A DNA stretch of 64,000 nt. Source: an uncultured Verrucomicrobiae bacterium. Lineage in GTDB: Bacteria > Verrucomicrobiota > Verrucomicrobiia > Limisphaerales > Palsa-1400. Location: NCBI GenBank assembly GCA_963707025.1, contig CAVPOM010000007.1:320001-384000 (forward strand). The letters are read 5' to 3'. The notes under the pieces were generated by a model. That model was not told the origin of the DNA. It worked only from the letters and a program-made list of their open reading frames with translations, and did not search any database. Positions 10,483 to 19,654 of the stretch are shown piece by piece. Each line of letters opens with the position of its first letter. Position 1 is the stretch's first letter. The position numbers were made by a program, and so were the translations under genes.

Positions 10483-11472
10483 ATGAGCAAAAGTCCAATT
10501 CATGTCGCGGTCACCGGCGCGGCCGGGGCCATCGGGTATGCCATTCTTTTCCGGCTCGCTTCGGGCGAAGTCTTCGGCCCCGACCAACCGCTGGTGCTGC
10601 GCCTGGTTGATATCGAGCCGGCCGTGCCGGTGTTGGGCGGAGTCATCCTCGAACTGGAGGATTGCGCCCCGCCCGTGCTGGAGAAGGTCATCGCCACGGC
10701 CGATCCGGCGGAAGGTTTCCGCGGCGTCAACTGGGCGCTGATGATCGGCAGCGTGCCGCGCAAGCCGGGCATGGAACGGAAGGATTTGCTGGCCACTAAC
10801 GGAAAGATCTTTACCGGCCAGGGCCGGGCCTTGCAGGACAACGCGGCCCGGGATGTCCGCATTCTGGTGGTCGGCAATCCTTGCAACACCAATTGCCTCA
10901 TCGCCATGAACAGCGCGCCGGAAATCCCGCCCGAGCGCTGGTTCGCCATGACCCGCCTGGACGAGAATCGCGCCAAGGCCCAGCTCGCCCGCAAGGCCGG
11001 CGCCAGCGTCGGCGCGGTGGCCAATCTGGGCGTCTGGGGCAATCACAGCCCCACCATGTTCCCCGATTTTTATCACGCCAAAATCAACGGCCAGCCGGCC
11101 ACCGCCGTCATCCCGGATGAAAACTGGCTCAAGACCCAATTCGTCGCCACCGTGGCCCAGCGCGGCACCGCCGTGTTGAACGCGCGCAAACTGAGCAGCG
11201 CCGCCAGCGCCGCCAACGCCGCCATTGACACCGTCAAATCCATCCTCCATCCCACCCCCGCCGGGGACTGGCACAGTGTCTGTGTTTGTTCGGACGGCAG
11301 CTACGGCGTGGAAAAGGGCCTGATCTGTTCCTTCCCGGTGCGCAGCGATGGCAAATCTTTGCAAATTGTGCCGGGACTGACGCATAACGATTTCAGCCGC
11401 GCCAAGATCGCCGCCAGCGTGGAGGAATTGAAAGGGGAGAAAGCCATCGCCAAGGAACTCGGCCTGCTGTAG
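10483..11472 (+). CDS. mdh: Malate dehydrogenase
   Basis: VAVTGAAGAIGY, PRKPGMERKDLL, VVGNPCNTN, MTRLDENRA, WGNHS. Confidence 0.97.
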   Translation: MSKSPIHVAVTGAAGAIGYAILFRLASGEVFGPDQPLVLRLVDIEPAVPVLGGVILELEDCAPPVLEKVIATADPAEGFRGVNWALMIGSVPRKPGMERKDLLATNGKIFTGQGRALQDNAARDVRILVVGNPCNTNCLIAMNSAPEIPPERWFAMTRLDENRAKAQLARKAGASVGAVANLGVWGNHSPTMFPDFYHAKINGQPATAVIPDENWLKTQFVATVAQRGTAVLNARKLSSAASAANAAIDTVKSILHPTPAGDWHSVCVCSDGSYGVEKGLICSFPVRSDGKSLQIVPGLTHNDFSRAKIAASVEELKGEKAIAKELGLL

Positions 11473-11540
11473 CGGCGGTCTGTGACCGCCGCAAATTACC
11501 GAATATCGCCTGGCGGCGGCGGTCATAGACCGCCGCCACA
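11468..11540. repeat. REP doublet (REPIN), GTAG type
   Basis: tgtagcggcggtctgtgaccgccg ... cggcggtcatagaccgccgccaca inverted pair, each an internal hairpin; overlaps the mdh stop. Confidence 0.75.
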
Positions 11541-11541
11541 A

Positions 11542-12048
11542 TCAAGCCGGCTTGGGGGAGCGGTTGGCCAGGCCGCGCGCGGTTTGTTTGCGGCGGAATT
11601 CCTCGTAAGCGGCGCGATGCTGCGGATGTTTGTTGCCCAGGATGGCAGCAGCCAGCAGGGCGGCGTTGACCGCGCCGGGTTTGCCGATGGCCAGGGTGCC
11701 GACCGGAACACCGCCGGGCATCTGCACCATGGAGAGCAGCGAATCCATTCCGTGCAGCGCCTTTGAGTCCATCGGCACGCCCAGAACCGGCAGACAGGTT
11801 TTCGCGGCCGTCACCCCGGCCAGATGGGCCGCGCCGCCCGCCGCGGCGATAATCACTTCCAAACCGCGCGCCGCCGCGCCGGCAGCGTACTCAAAAAGGA
11901 GGTCCGGGGTGCGATGGGCCGAAATGACCAGGCTTTCATGGGGCACGCCCAATTCATCCAGTTGCAGGGCGGCGTGCTGCATCGTTTCCCAATCCGACTG
12001 GCTTCCCATGATGATGCCCACGAGGGGCGGACTGTTTTTGTCTGACAT
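11542..12048 (-). CDS. purE: N5-CAIR mutase
   Basis: [35 protein letters not shown]. Confidence 0.97.
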   Translation of the reverse strand: MSDKNSPPLVGIIMGSQSDWETMQHAALQLDELGVPHESLVISAHRTPDLLFEYAAGAAARGLEVIIAAAGGAAHLAGVTAAKTCLPVLGVPMDSKALHGMDSLLSMVQMPGGVPVGTLAIGKPGAVNAALLAAAILGNKHPQHRAAYEEFRRKQTARGLANRSPKPA

Positions 12049-12112
12049 CGGACGGAAGGCTAGAGATATTGGCTCAGAATTTAAAGCGTAAAGTCACGTC
12101 TCAGTCCCGGGT

Positions 12113-12167
12113 GGTAGGGCGCGCACTCCGTGCGCGCCGCGGCGGGCAGCGGAGTGCCCGCCCTACC
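12113..12167. repeat. REP doublet (REPIN), GTAG type
   Basis: ggtagggcgcgcactccgtgcgcgcc / ggcgggcagcggagtgcccgccctacc inverted pair. Confidence 0.75.
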
Positions 12168-12208
12168 TTTCGCGGCCTGTCCAAAACTGGCCCGTTATCC
12201 CGTAAAAT

Positions 12209-14280
12209 CTACTTCGCCGCCTGATCCAGGGCGTGGAGGACGATGGCGGGGGTCAGGATGGTCGGAAGCACCTGCGGTGGCCGGTTCAGGTCTTTGGAAT
12301 AGACCAGCACCAGCGGCACGCCGGCCGAGCCTCGCCATCGCACCAATTCCTGCGCAATCACCGGGTCTTCATCGGTGAAATCGGCCTCAAATGACACCGC
12401 GCCGATTTCCCGCAGCTTGGCCCGCGTCTGCTCAATTTCCAGACTGGAAGCTTTATTGGCAATGCAAGTCAGGCAGGTTTTCGCCGTGAAATCCACCAGC
12501 GCCGGATGCCCCTCCTTGCGCGCCTGCTCGACGGCCTGTGGGTTCCAGGTTTTCCAGGCGATGCCGGTTCTCGAAGGGTTGGGCAAAAGCGCGAAGCCAT
12601 CCGCCGCCACCAGCAAAAGGCATGCGGCCGCGGCCAAACCTTTGCGGCGCGTTCCCCGTTGCACGAACTGCCCCCAGACCCACGCCGCCAACGCCAGCAC
12701 CACCAAAAAAACTCCAGCAACAGCATGTCCGCCTGGTTTCGGGTGGACCCATACACCAGCCACAGCGCCGTCGCCAGCATGGGAAAGCCCATGGCGATTT
12801 TGAATTTTTCCATCCAGGCGCCGGGCTTGGGCAGCGCCTGGAGCAGGCGCGGTTGCCAGCAAATCAACACAAAGGGAAAGGCCAACCCCGCGCCAATCGC
12901 CAGAAACACCAGCAGCGTGACGACGGGCGGCTGGGTGAAGGCGAATGCCAGCGCCCCGGCCAGATATGGGGCGGTGCAGGGCGTGGCCAAAACGGTGGCG
13001 AGAACACCGTTGCAAAACGCCCCGCCGTAGCCATGCCGCGACGCCAGGCCGGAGGCCGATCCCATCATCCCCGCGCCCAGGTTGATTTCAAACAGGCCGA
13101 ACAGGTTGAGGGCGATCAAAGTCATCAACACTGTCAGGATCACCCGGAACTGCGGGTGGCGAATGGCATCACCCCAACCGGCCGCGCCGCCGGCCTGTTG
13201 CGTCCCAATGGCCAGTCCGGCCAGGACGAGAAATGAAATCATGACTCCGGCCCCATAGACCAATCCGAGACGCCTCACCCGCCCGGGCGTTTCCTTGGAT
13301 TGATTGACAAATCCGAGCGCCTTGAGCGCAATGACCGGCAGCACGCACGGCATCACGTTCAAAATCAGCCCGGCCAGGAACGCAATCAGCAACTCCAGAA
13401 CCAGCCCCGCCGACGAAGCGGCGGCGGCCGCCGGCTCCTGCAGCGGCAGATTTACCTCCACGGCCAGCAGCCTTTGCGAATTATTCGTGGCCACCAGGAT
13501 TCCGGCCAGCCGCTCCGGCCAGGGGCCTTCGCCCTTCTTGACCATTTTGCGGAGGCGAACATGGCCCGGTTCTCCCGGCAAAATATCCGTCGCCCCCTGC
13601 ACGTCGGCCGCCGGTTGTTCGTAGGGGTAGAAATCGGCCGGTTTGTTCCCCGATTCCCAGTCAATAATAACGGCGCGCGGGCTGGCCGGCGCGGCGCTTT
13701 CCCATCGCGCCGCCGCCGCCAGGGGCGCGCCGGTCTGCGGCAGCCGGGCGCGCCATTCTTCCAGCAAGCCCGCGTTGGCGGAAGGCTTGTCCTCGGCCCC
13801 CACGGTCAAGCTGGCGCTCACCGCCGCCTTGCAAGGAACGCAGGAATCCTTGCATTCCAACCACCCCAGCTCCGCGCTCAACTGCACCGGGCCGGGGCGC
13901 AAATCCGCGGCCAGCCTGATGGGAACCAGCAACACCACCCGGCCCTCGTAGCCGTAAGTGTAGAGCGAGACGTCCCCGGCGGTGGTGACCGATTTTTCCG
14001 GGATGGGCCACTGGATTTCGCCCGCGCTGATGCCCCGGGGAAGAGTCCATTTCGCCGTGGTCGCCAAGCCGGCATCGCCGCCGTTGCGCCAATAAGTATG
14101 CCAGCCGGGGGCCATTTTCAGTTCCAGCCCGGCCCAAATGGTCTCCCCCGGCCTGGCTGATTGGGCGGACAGGAGCATTCGCGTTTGCGTGGTGGCCCCG
14201 CCAAAAACCGCGCCATCGCCCTGGGCCAGGACCGGGAGCGCCAGGCCAACCGCCAAAATCGTGAGAGACAAACGCTTCAT
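12209..14280 (-). CDS. dsbD: Thiol:disulfide interchange protein DsbD family, frameshift near 12705-12720
   Basis: N-domain GWHTYWRN, C..SC; transmembrane LNVMPCVLP, LATPCTAP; thioredoxin-like DFTAKTCLTC in the second frame. Confidence 0.88.
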
Positions 14281-14384
14281 CCGCGCACACAATAACCATC
14301 GAAAGGTTGATCCCGCAAGGCGGGAGCAAAACACAAATCGTGAACGTCAGTAACGGAGCGGCCGAGTGGTGCCAGACTCTCTCC

Positions 14385-14445
14385 CCATCACTCCATCACT
14401 CCATCACTCCATTACAGCACCGCTCCACCACTCCATCACTCCACT
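14385..14445. repeat. Intergenic CCATCACT octamer tandem repeat
   Basis: Three exact units plus degenerate units; same unit recurs at 56817-56843. Confidence 0.8.
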
Positions 14446-14448
14446 GCC

Positions 14449-15585
14449 ATGAGTCACCACAGCGCCATTGACGCCGCTGACCAGATGGATTTTCAGTGGC
14501 TGCAAACTGGCGCGGAGGCGCTGGCCGAGATGCTCGCCGCCATCGCGGCCGCGCAGCGCTCGGTCCGGTTGGAGATGTACCATTTCGATCCCAGCCCGGT
14601 GGCGGACCAGTTTCGCGACGCCCTCATCGCCGCCGCCCGCCGCGGAGCGCGCGTGCAAGTCCTGGTGGATGCCTTCGGTTCCATGTCGCTGCCCGACGGC
14701 TATTGGGAAAGCTTGCGGGCGGCGGGGGGACAAGCGCGTTGGTTCAATCCCGAAAGCCTCAACCGTTTCGGGATTCGCGATCATCGCAAAATCCTGGTGT
14801 GCGACGACGCGCTGGCCTTCATTGGCGGCTTCAACATTGCCGCCGAATATCAGGGAGACGGCATCATCTCCGGCTGGCGCGATTTGGGGCTGAAAATCCG
14901 GGGACGGCTGGCCGGAGAATTGGCGGCGGCGGCGGATGAAATGTTTGCCGGGGCCAATTTCCGGCACAAACCGTTTTTCCGCCTGCGCAAATCGTCCCGG
15001 CAAAAGACCGTTTCCTTCACCGGCGGCAAGCTGGTCCTGACCGGACCGGGGCGCAACAACGCGATCAAACTCGCCTTGGCGCGCGACCTGAAACACGCGC
15101 GGCGGGTGGCCATTATCTGCGCCTATTTTTTGCCGCCGCACCGCCTGCGGCGCGCGCTGGCCCGCCTGGCCCGGCGCGGCGCCAAAGTGCGGTTGATTCT
15201 GCCCGGCAAGTCCGACGTGCTGCTCTCGCTGCTGGCCGCGCGCAGCCTCTACCGCCAGCTCCTGGGCGCGGGGGTGGAGATCTACGAATACCAGCCGCAG
15301 ATTCTCCATGCCAAATTGTTTCTTATTGACGATGTGGCCTATGTGGGGTCGTCCAACCTCGATGCCCGCAGCCTCAACATCAATTATGAGCTGATGCTGC
15401 GGTTGCCCGATCCCGGGCACGCCTCGGCGGGACGCGAGATCTTTGCCAGTGTTCTGGCGCAAAGCCGGCGCATTGAACTGGAGCCCTGGCGGCGTTCGCG
15501 CACCTTGCTGGACCGGATCAAGGGACGGCTGGCGCGCTGGCTTCTGTCGCGGGTGGACCCGTACCTTGCCGGAAAGTTTTCCTGA
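14449..15585 (+). CDS. cls: Phospholipase D-family cardiolipin synthase (ClsB-like)
   Basis: Two HKD motifs, HRKILVCDD and HAKLFLIDD, plus GSSNLD.RS..NYE. Confidence 0.85.
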   Translation: MSHHSAIDAADQMDFQWLQTGAEALAEMLAAIAAAQRSVRLEMYHFDPSPVADQFRDALIAAARRGARVQVLVDAFGSMSLPDGYWESLRAAGGQARWFNPESLNRFGIRDHRKILVCDDALAFIGGFNIAAEYQGDGIISGWRDLGLKIRGRLAGELAAAADEMFAGANFRHKPFFRLRKSSRQKTVSFTGGKLVLTGPGRNNAIKLALARDLKHARRVAIICAYFLPPHRLRRALARLARRGAKVRLILPGKSDVLLSLLAARSLYRQLLGAGVEIYEYQPQILHAKLFLIDDVAYVGSSNLDARSLNINYELMLRLPDPGHASAGREIFASVLAQSRRIELEPWRRSRTLLDRIKGRLARWLLSRVDPYLAGKFS

Positions 15586-15670
15586 GAGCCTGGCGAAGGG
15601 CCGTCATTTTTCACTGGAACCACCCGCCGGCGCGGGCGCCGGTTTGTGCGACATAACCTCTGAATCCGGG

Positions 15671-16541
15671 CTACTTGGCCAGAGCAACCAGGTAGCGCTG
15701 CAAACGTTCGCTTTGGGCCGGGGATTTCAGATGGGTGTAAATCTGGTGGAGATTGACGCAGATTTTCAGCAAAAGGCGGCGCGCGCTCACCGGGGCCAGA
15801 CAGCTTTCGTCGAAGGGATGGCGCAGTGTCGCCACGTACTTGACGCAATCGGCCTTGGCCAGCAGACGGCCCTTGCGGAACGGGTCAATATAAATCTCAT
15901 GCCCGGCTGGATTGGTAGCGGCAGACAAAATGACCGGGCAACCCGATGCCCACCACCGGCAGCTTCAGCCGGCGCGCCACCAACAAATACACCACGCTCA
16001 GGCTGATGTGGCTTCCCTTCCGCCGGTCCAGCACCCGGTTGAGATAACTGTTCTCAGGATCGTGAAAATTGATTTCATCCCCCGTAAATTTCTGTTCCGC
16101 GAACAAATAGTCGCCCATGACGCTCAGGATCTGCACCGCATCCCCGCTCAAATCCAGGCGGTCGCGCAATTCTCCCGCCAGATGGTCCAGCAGCGCGCTG
16201 TAGGCCTCCATATTGATGCCGGGATACTGCGTCCGCGCCAGGAGCAAGGCCCCCTGCTCAAGATCGAAGTCCTCCCCTTGGTTCAAACAAAAGGCCAGCA
16301 ACTGCGTGTCCGCGTCCTGCCGCGAAAAATAATGGATGATCTCCTGGGCGTGGCGGCGCAGCACCGGATCGTTGCTCAGGCAATGTTCCCGCACCCACTG
16401 GGTGGCGATGGGGCCATAGGAGAGGATCTTTTGCCGCACCGTCCGATACACCGCCGGATCCTCGTCCGCCAGCAGGCTGACCAGCGCTTTCCGCTGTTTT
16501 TCATCCAGCTTGCCTGATGTTTTGGCGGTCATCGAACTCAT
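15671..16541 (-). CDS. SirB1/transglutaminase-like protein, frameshift near 15902
   Basis: NSYLNRVLDRRKG..ISLS..Y...GIGLPGHF, continuing as EIYIDPF in the adjacent frame. Confidence 0.82.
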
Positions 16542-16726
16542 AGGATACTCCTGAGCTTGCCATAAACCCCCAGGAACTTCAACCATAATTTCTGCATTTA
16601 TCGAAAAAAGGCGCCTTTCACCTTTCTGGCGGCCGCTCCCTGGCCCCGTCCTCATCTCATTCCCAAGGGCCGGAGACGGGTGCCGGGAAGTGTTTTTTGA
16701 ACGGGAATCCTCATTTGGGGTCTTTT

Positions 16727-16743
16727 ACTTTGTGATACAAAGT
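16727..16743. promoter_or_regulatory. AT-rich palindrome, candidate operator
   Basis: actttgt-gat-acaaagt in the divergent intergenic region before the radical SAM genes. Confidence 0.5.
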
Positions 16744-16781
16744 TAACCTCCATTTCGCCCGCGCCGCCCCGCGCCCACACC

Positions 16782-18362
16782 ATGAATCCGCTCTCTGCCC
16801 TTCTGGGAAACGTCCCCGCCAATCCTTTCTACCAGCCGCGGCCCGCACTCTGGCTGCCGCGCGAAATGGCGGAGGCGCCGCCGCTGCCGCCGCTCCACCC
16901 CGGCGCCCGCCGCCAGCCCCGGCTGGCCCTGCTCATCAATCCGTTTTACGCCAAATCGCCGCATTCCAGCTTCGGCAAACATGTTCTCACCCCGACCCTG
17001 GCGCTGACTTCCGTTGCCGCCGCGACGCCGGAGGATTGGCAGGTCCGCTGCTGGGATGAAAATCTTCTGCAAGGCCCGCCGCCGGCCGACCCGCTGCCGG
17101 AAGTTGTTGGCATCTCCGTGCATTTGACGTTCTCCAAACGCGCCTTTGCGCTGGCCGGGTGGTATCGCGCCCACGGGTGCAAGGTCATCCTCGGCGGCTT
17201 GCACACGCTCGCCTGTCCGGAGGAATGCGCGCCGCACGCCGACGCGCTGGCCATCGGCGACGGGGTTGTCTTGTGGCCGGAAATTTTGCGCGATGCCGCG
17301 CTGGAGCGGCTTCGGCCGCAGTACGCCGCGGCTTACCAGCGGGCCGGCGACCTTGATCCGGCGCCGCGCCGCGACCTGGCGCCCCGGCGGAGTTTTCTCA
17401 CGACCACCAGCCTGATGGCCACCTGGGGCTGCCACAACCGGTGCGGCTTCTGTTACCTGGCGACCGATGGGTTGCGAATGCCCTACCGCATGCGGCCGCC
17501 GGAGGACATCCGCCGGCAGTTTGAGGCGGACGGGCAGCCCTATGGAGTTTTTATTGACAACAATCTCGGCTCCCGGCCGGAATATCTGCGCGCCTTGTGC
17601 CAGGCGCTGCGGCCGCTGGAAAAGATCTGGAGCGCCGCCGTCACCCTCGACGTGTCGGACGACGCGGCCCTGGTCCGGGAAATGGCGCTGGCGGGTTGCA
17701 CGGGAGTGTTCATCGGCTTTGAATCGCTTTCGGACCGGAACCTGGCCGGGGCGCGCAAGCGGACGCCCCTGGTTGAAGACTACGCGCGACGGGTGCGGCT
17801 TTTTCACGACCACGGCATTCAGGTCAACGGGAGTTTTGTTTTCGGGTTTGATGGCGACGGCCGCGACGTTTTTGCGGCCACCTCGCAATGGATTGAATCC
17901 GTCCGCATGGAATGCGCCACCTTTCACATCTTGACTCCTTATCCGGGCACGCCGCTGTTCCGGCAACTGGAGAGGGAGGGACGCTTGCTGCATCGGGATT
18001 GGGAGAAATACGACACCGCTCATGTGGTTTTCCGGCCAAAGCAAATGACGGAGGAGGAATTGCTGCTGGGCTACGATTGGACCTACCGGCGGCTTTTTTC
18101 GCACGCCTCGATCTGGCGGCGGCGGCCGGCCGCGCTGGCGGCCTGGTCGGCCTACCTGGGGTCGGCTTACCTCTACAAGCGGTCCAACCGCCTGTGGCAT
18201 TTCTTGATTAAGCACCAGTTGGTTCATGCCGTTTGGCGGCCCATGGTGGAACTGACGCGCATTCGCCATGTGCGATTTCGCAACCGCCTGGCCCGGGCCA
18301 CGGCCAGCCCGGCGGACTCCCGCCCCAGCCAGCGGCGAAACTTTGTGCCCGCCGGAGTTTGA
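16782..18362 (+). CDS. B12-binding-domain radical SAM protein
   Basis: KVILGGLH, CHNRCGFC (CX3CX2C), FIGFES, GSFVFGFDGD, TPYPGT. Confidence 0.88.
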   Translation: MNPLSALLGNVPANPFYQPRPALWLPREMAEAPPLPPLHPGARRQPRLALLINPFYAKSPHSSFGKHVLTPTLALTSVAAATPEDWQVRCWDENLLQGPPPADPLPEVVGISVHLTFSKRAFALAGWYRAHGCKVILGGLHTLACPEECAPHADALAIGDGVVLWPEILRDAALERLRPQYAAAYQRAGDLDPAPRRDLAPRRSFLTTTSLMATWGCHNRCGFCYLATDGLRMPYRMRPPEDIRRQFEADGQPYGVFIDNNLGSRPEYLRALCQALRPLEKIWSAAVTLDVSDDAALVREMALAGCTGVFIGFESLSDRNLAGARKRTPLVEDYARRVRLFHDHGIQVNGSFVFGFDGDGRDVFAATSQWIESVRMECATFHILTPYPGTPLFRQLEREGRLLHRDWEKYDTAHVVFRPKQMTEEELLLGYDWTYRRLFSHASIWRRRPAALAAWSAYLGSAYLYKRSNRLWHFLIKHQLVHAVWRPMVELTRIRHVRFRNRLARATASPADSRPSQRRNFVPAGV

Positions 18363-18389
18363 ACGGTTGGAATTGCCCAAAGGCGATGA

Positions 18390-19469
18390 TTGCAGGATGA
18401 TGACGCTGTGATCGGCCAACCTTCATCGCCGCGCGGCCGGGGCGCCGCCAGCAACCCGCCCAATCGCTTTGCGCCCATCCGGCTGGAACGGGACCCGGAC
18501 TGGAATCCGGAGGAGGACCCGGCGCCCAGGACCCAGTTCTTGCGCGATCTGTCCCAGACCATCATCAGCTACAACGACAGCCCCGACATCCCGTTCAAAG
18601 CCAGCCTCAATCCTTATCGCGGCTGCGAGCATGGCTGCAGTTATTGTTACGCCCGCAACACCCATGAGTATCTGGGTTTCTCCGCCGGCTTGGACTTCGA
18701 GACGAAAATCATGGTGAAGGAAGACGCGCCCGAACTGCTGCGGCGCGAGCTTTCCTCGCCAAAATGGAAACCCCAAACATTGGCCATGAGCGGCGTGACC
18801 GACTGCTATCAACCCATTGAGCGCCGGCTGCAATTGACCCGGCGATGCCTGGCCGTTTTGGCCGAATTCAGAAATCCGGTGAGCATCATCACCAAAAATT
18901 ACCTCGTGACGCGGGACATTGATCTGCTGCGGGAACTGGCGGCCCACCAGGCGGTGACGGTTCATCTTTCCATCAACTCACTCGACAGCGATCTGGCCAG
19001 AAAACTCGAACCGCGCGCAGCGTCCCCCAAAATGCGGCTGGCGGCAGTCGAGGCCCTGGCAAATGCCGGCGTGCCTGTGGGTGTGCTGGTTGCCCCGGTC
19101 ATCCCCGCCCTGAACGACCACGAGATTCCGGCGGTCCTGGCCGCAGCCAAAGCCGCCGGCGCGGTCTCGGCCGGCACCGAAATCCTGCGCTTGCCGTTGA
19201 CGGTCGCGCCGGTTTTTGAACAGTGGCTGGAACAGAACGTTCCCGGAAAAAAAGACAAAGTATTGAACCGCATCCGCGCCATGCGGGGCGGCCCACTCAA
19301 CGATCCCCGTTTCGGTTCCCGCATGAGCGGCCAGGGGATATTCGCCGACCAGATATCGCAGATGTTCCACGTCGCGCGCCGCAAGGCGGGCCTGCCTGAG
19401 GATGGCCCTGAGCTTTCCGCCGCCGCCTTTCGCAGGCCGGATGGAGCGCAGTTGCGGTTGGGCTTTTGA
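18390..19469 (+). CDS. Radical SAM protein, PA0069/Rv2578c family (SplB-like)
   Basis: NPYRGCEHGCSYCYAR, SGVTDCYQP, LEPRAASP. Confidence 0.9.
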   Translation: MQDDDAVIGQPSSPRGRGAASNPPNRFAPIRLERDPDWNPEEDPAPRTQFLRDLSQTIISYNDSPDIPFKASLNPYRGCEHGCSYCYARNTHEYLGFSAGLDFETKIMVKEDAPELLRRELSSPKWKPQTLAMSGVTDCYQPIERRLQLTRRCLAVLAEFRNPVSIITKNYLVTRDIDLLRELAAHQAVTVHLSINSLDSDLARKLEPRAASPKMRLAAVEALANAGVPVGVLVAPVIPALNDHEIPAVLAAAKAAGAVSAGTEILRLPLTVAPVFEQWLEQNVPGKKDKVLNRIRAMRGGPLNDPRFGSRMSGQGIFADQISQMFHVARRKAGLPEDGPELSAAAFRRPDGAQLRLGF

Positions 19470-19654
19470 ACTTTCCAGAGGTGCGGTTTCCACCGGCCGG
19501 ACGGACCGCCCCAGACATCGGCGTCAGGCCTCAACCCGGACCTGGAAGACCTCTCCAAAATCGCGCCAAAACTTTTGTTGGAACAAATTTTCAACTTGGC
19601 ACTCGAACAGAGGAGAACAGGAACTACTGAACCGCGCATCATACGAAAATCAAT

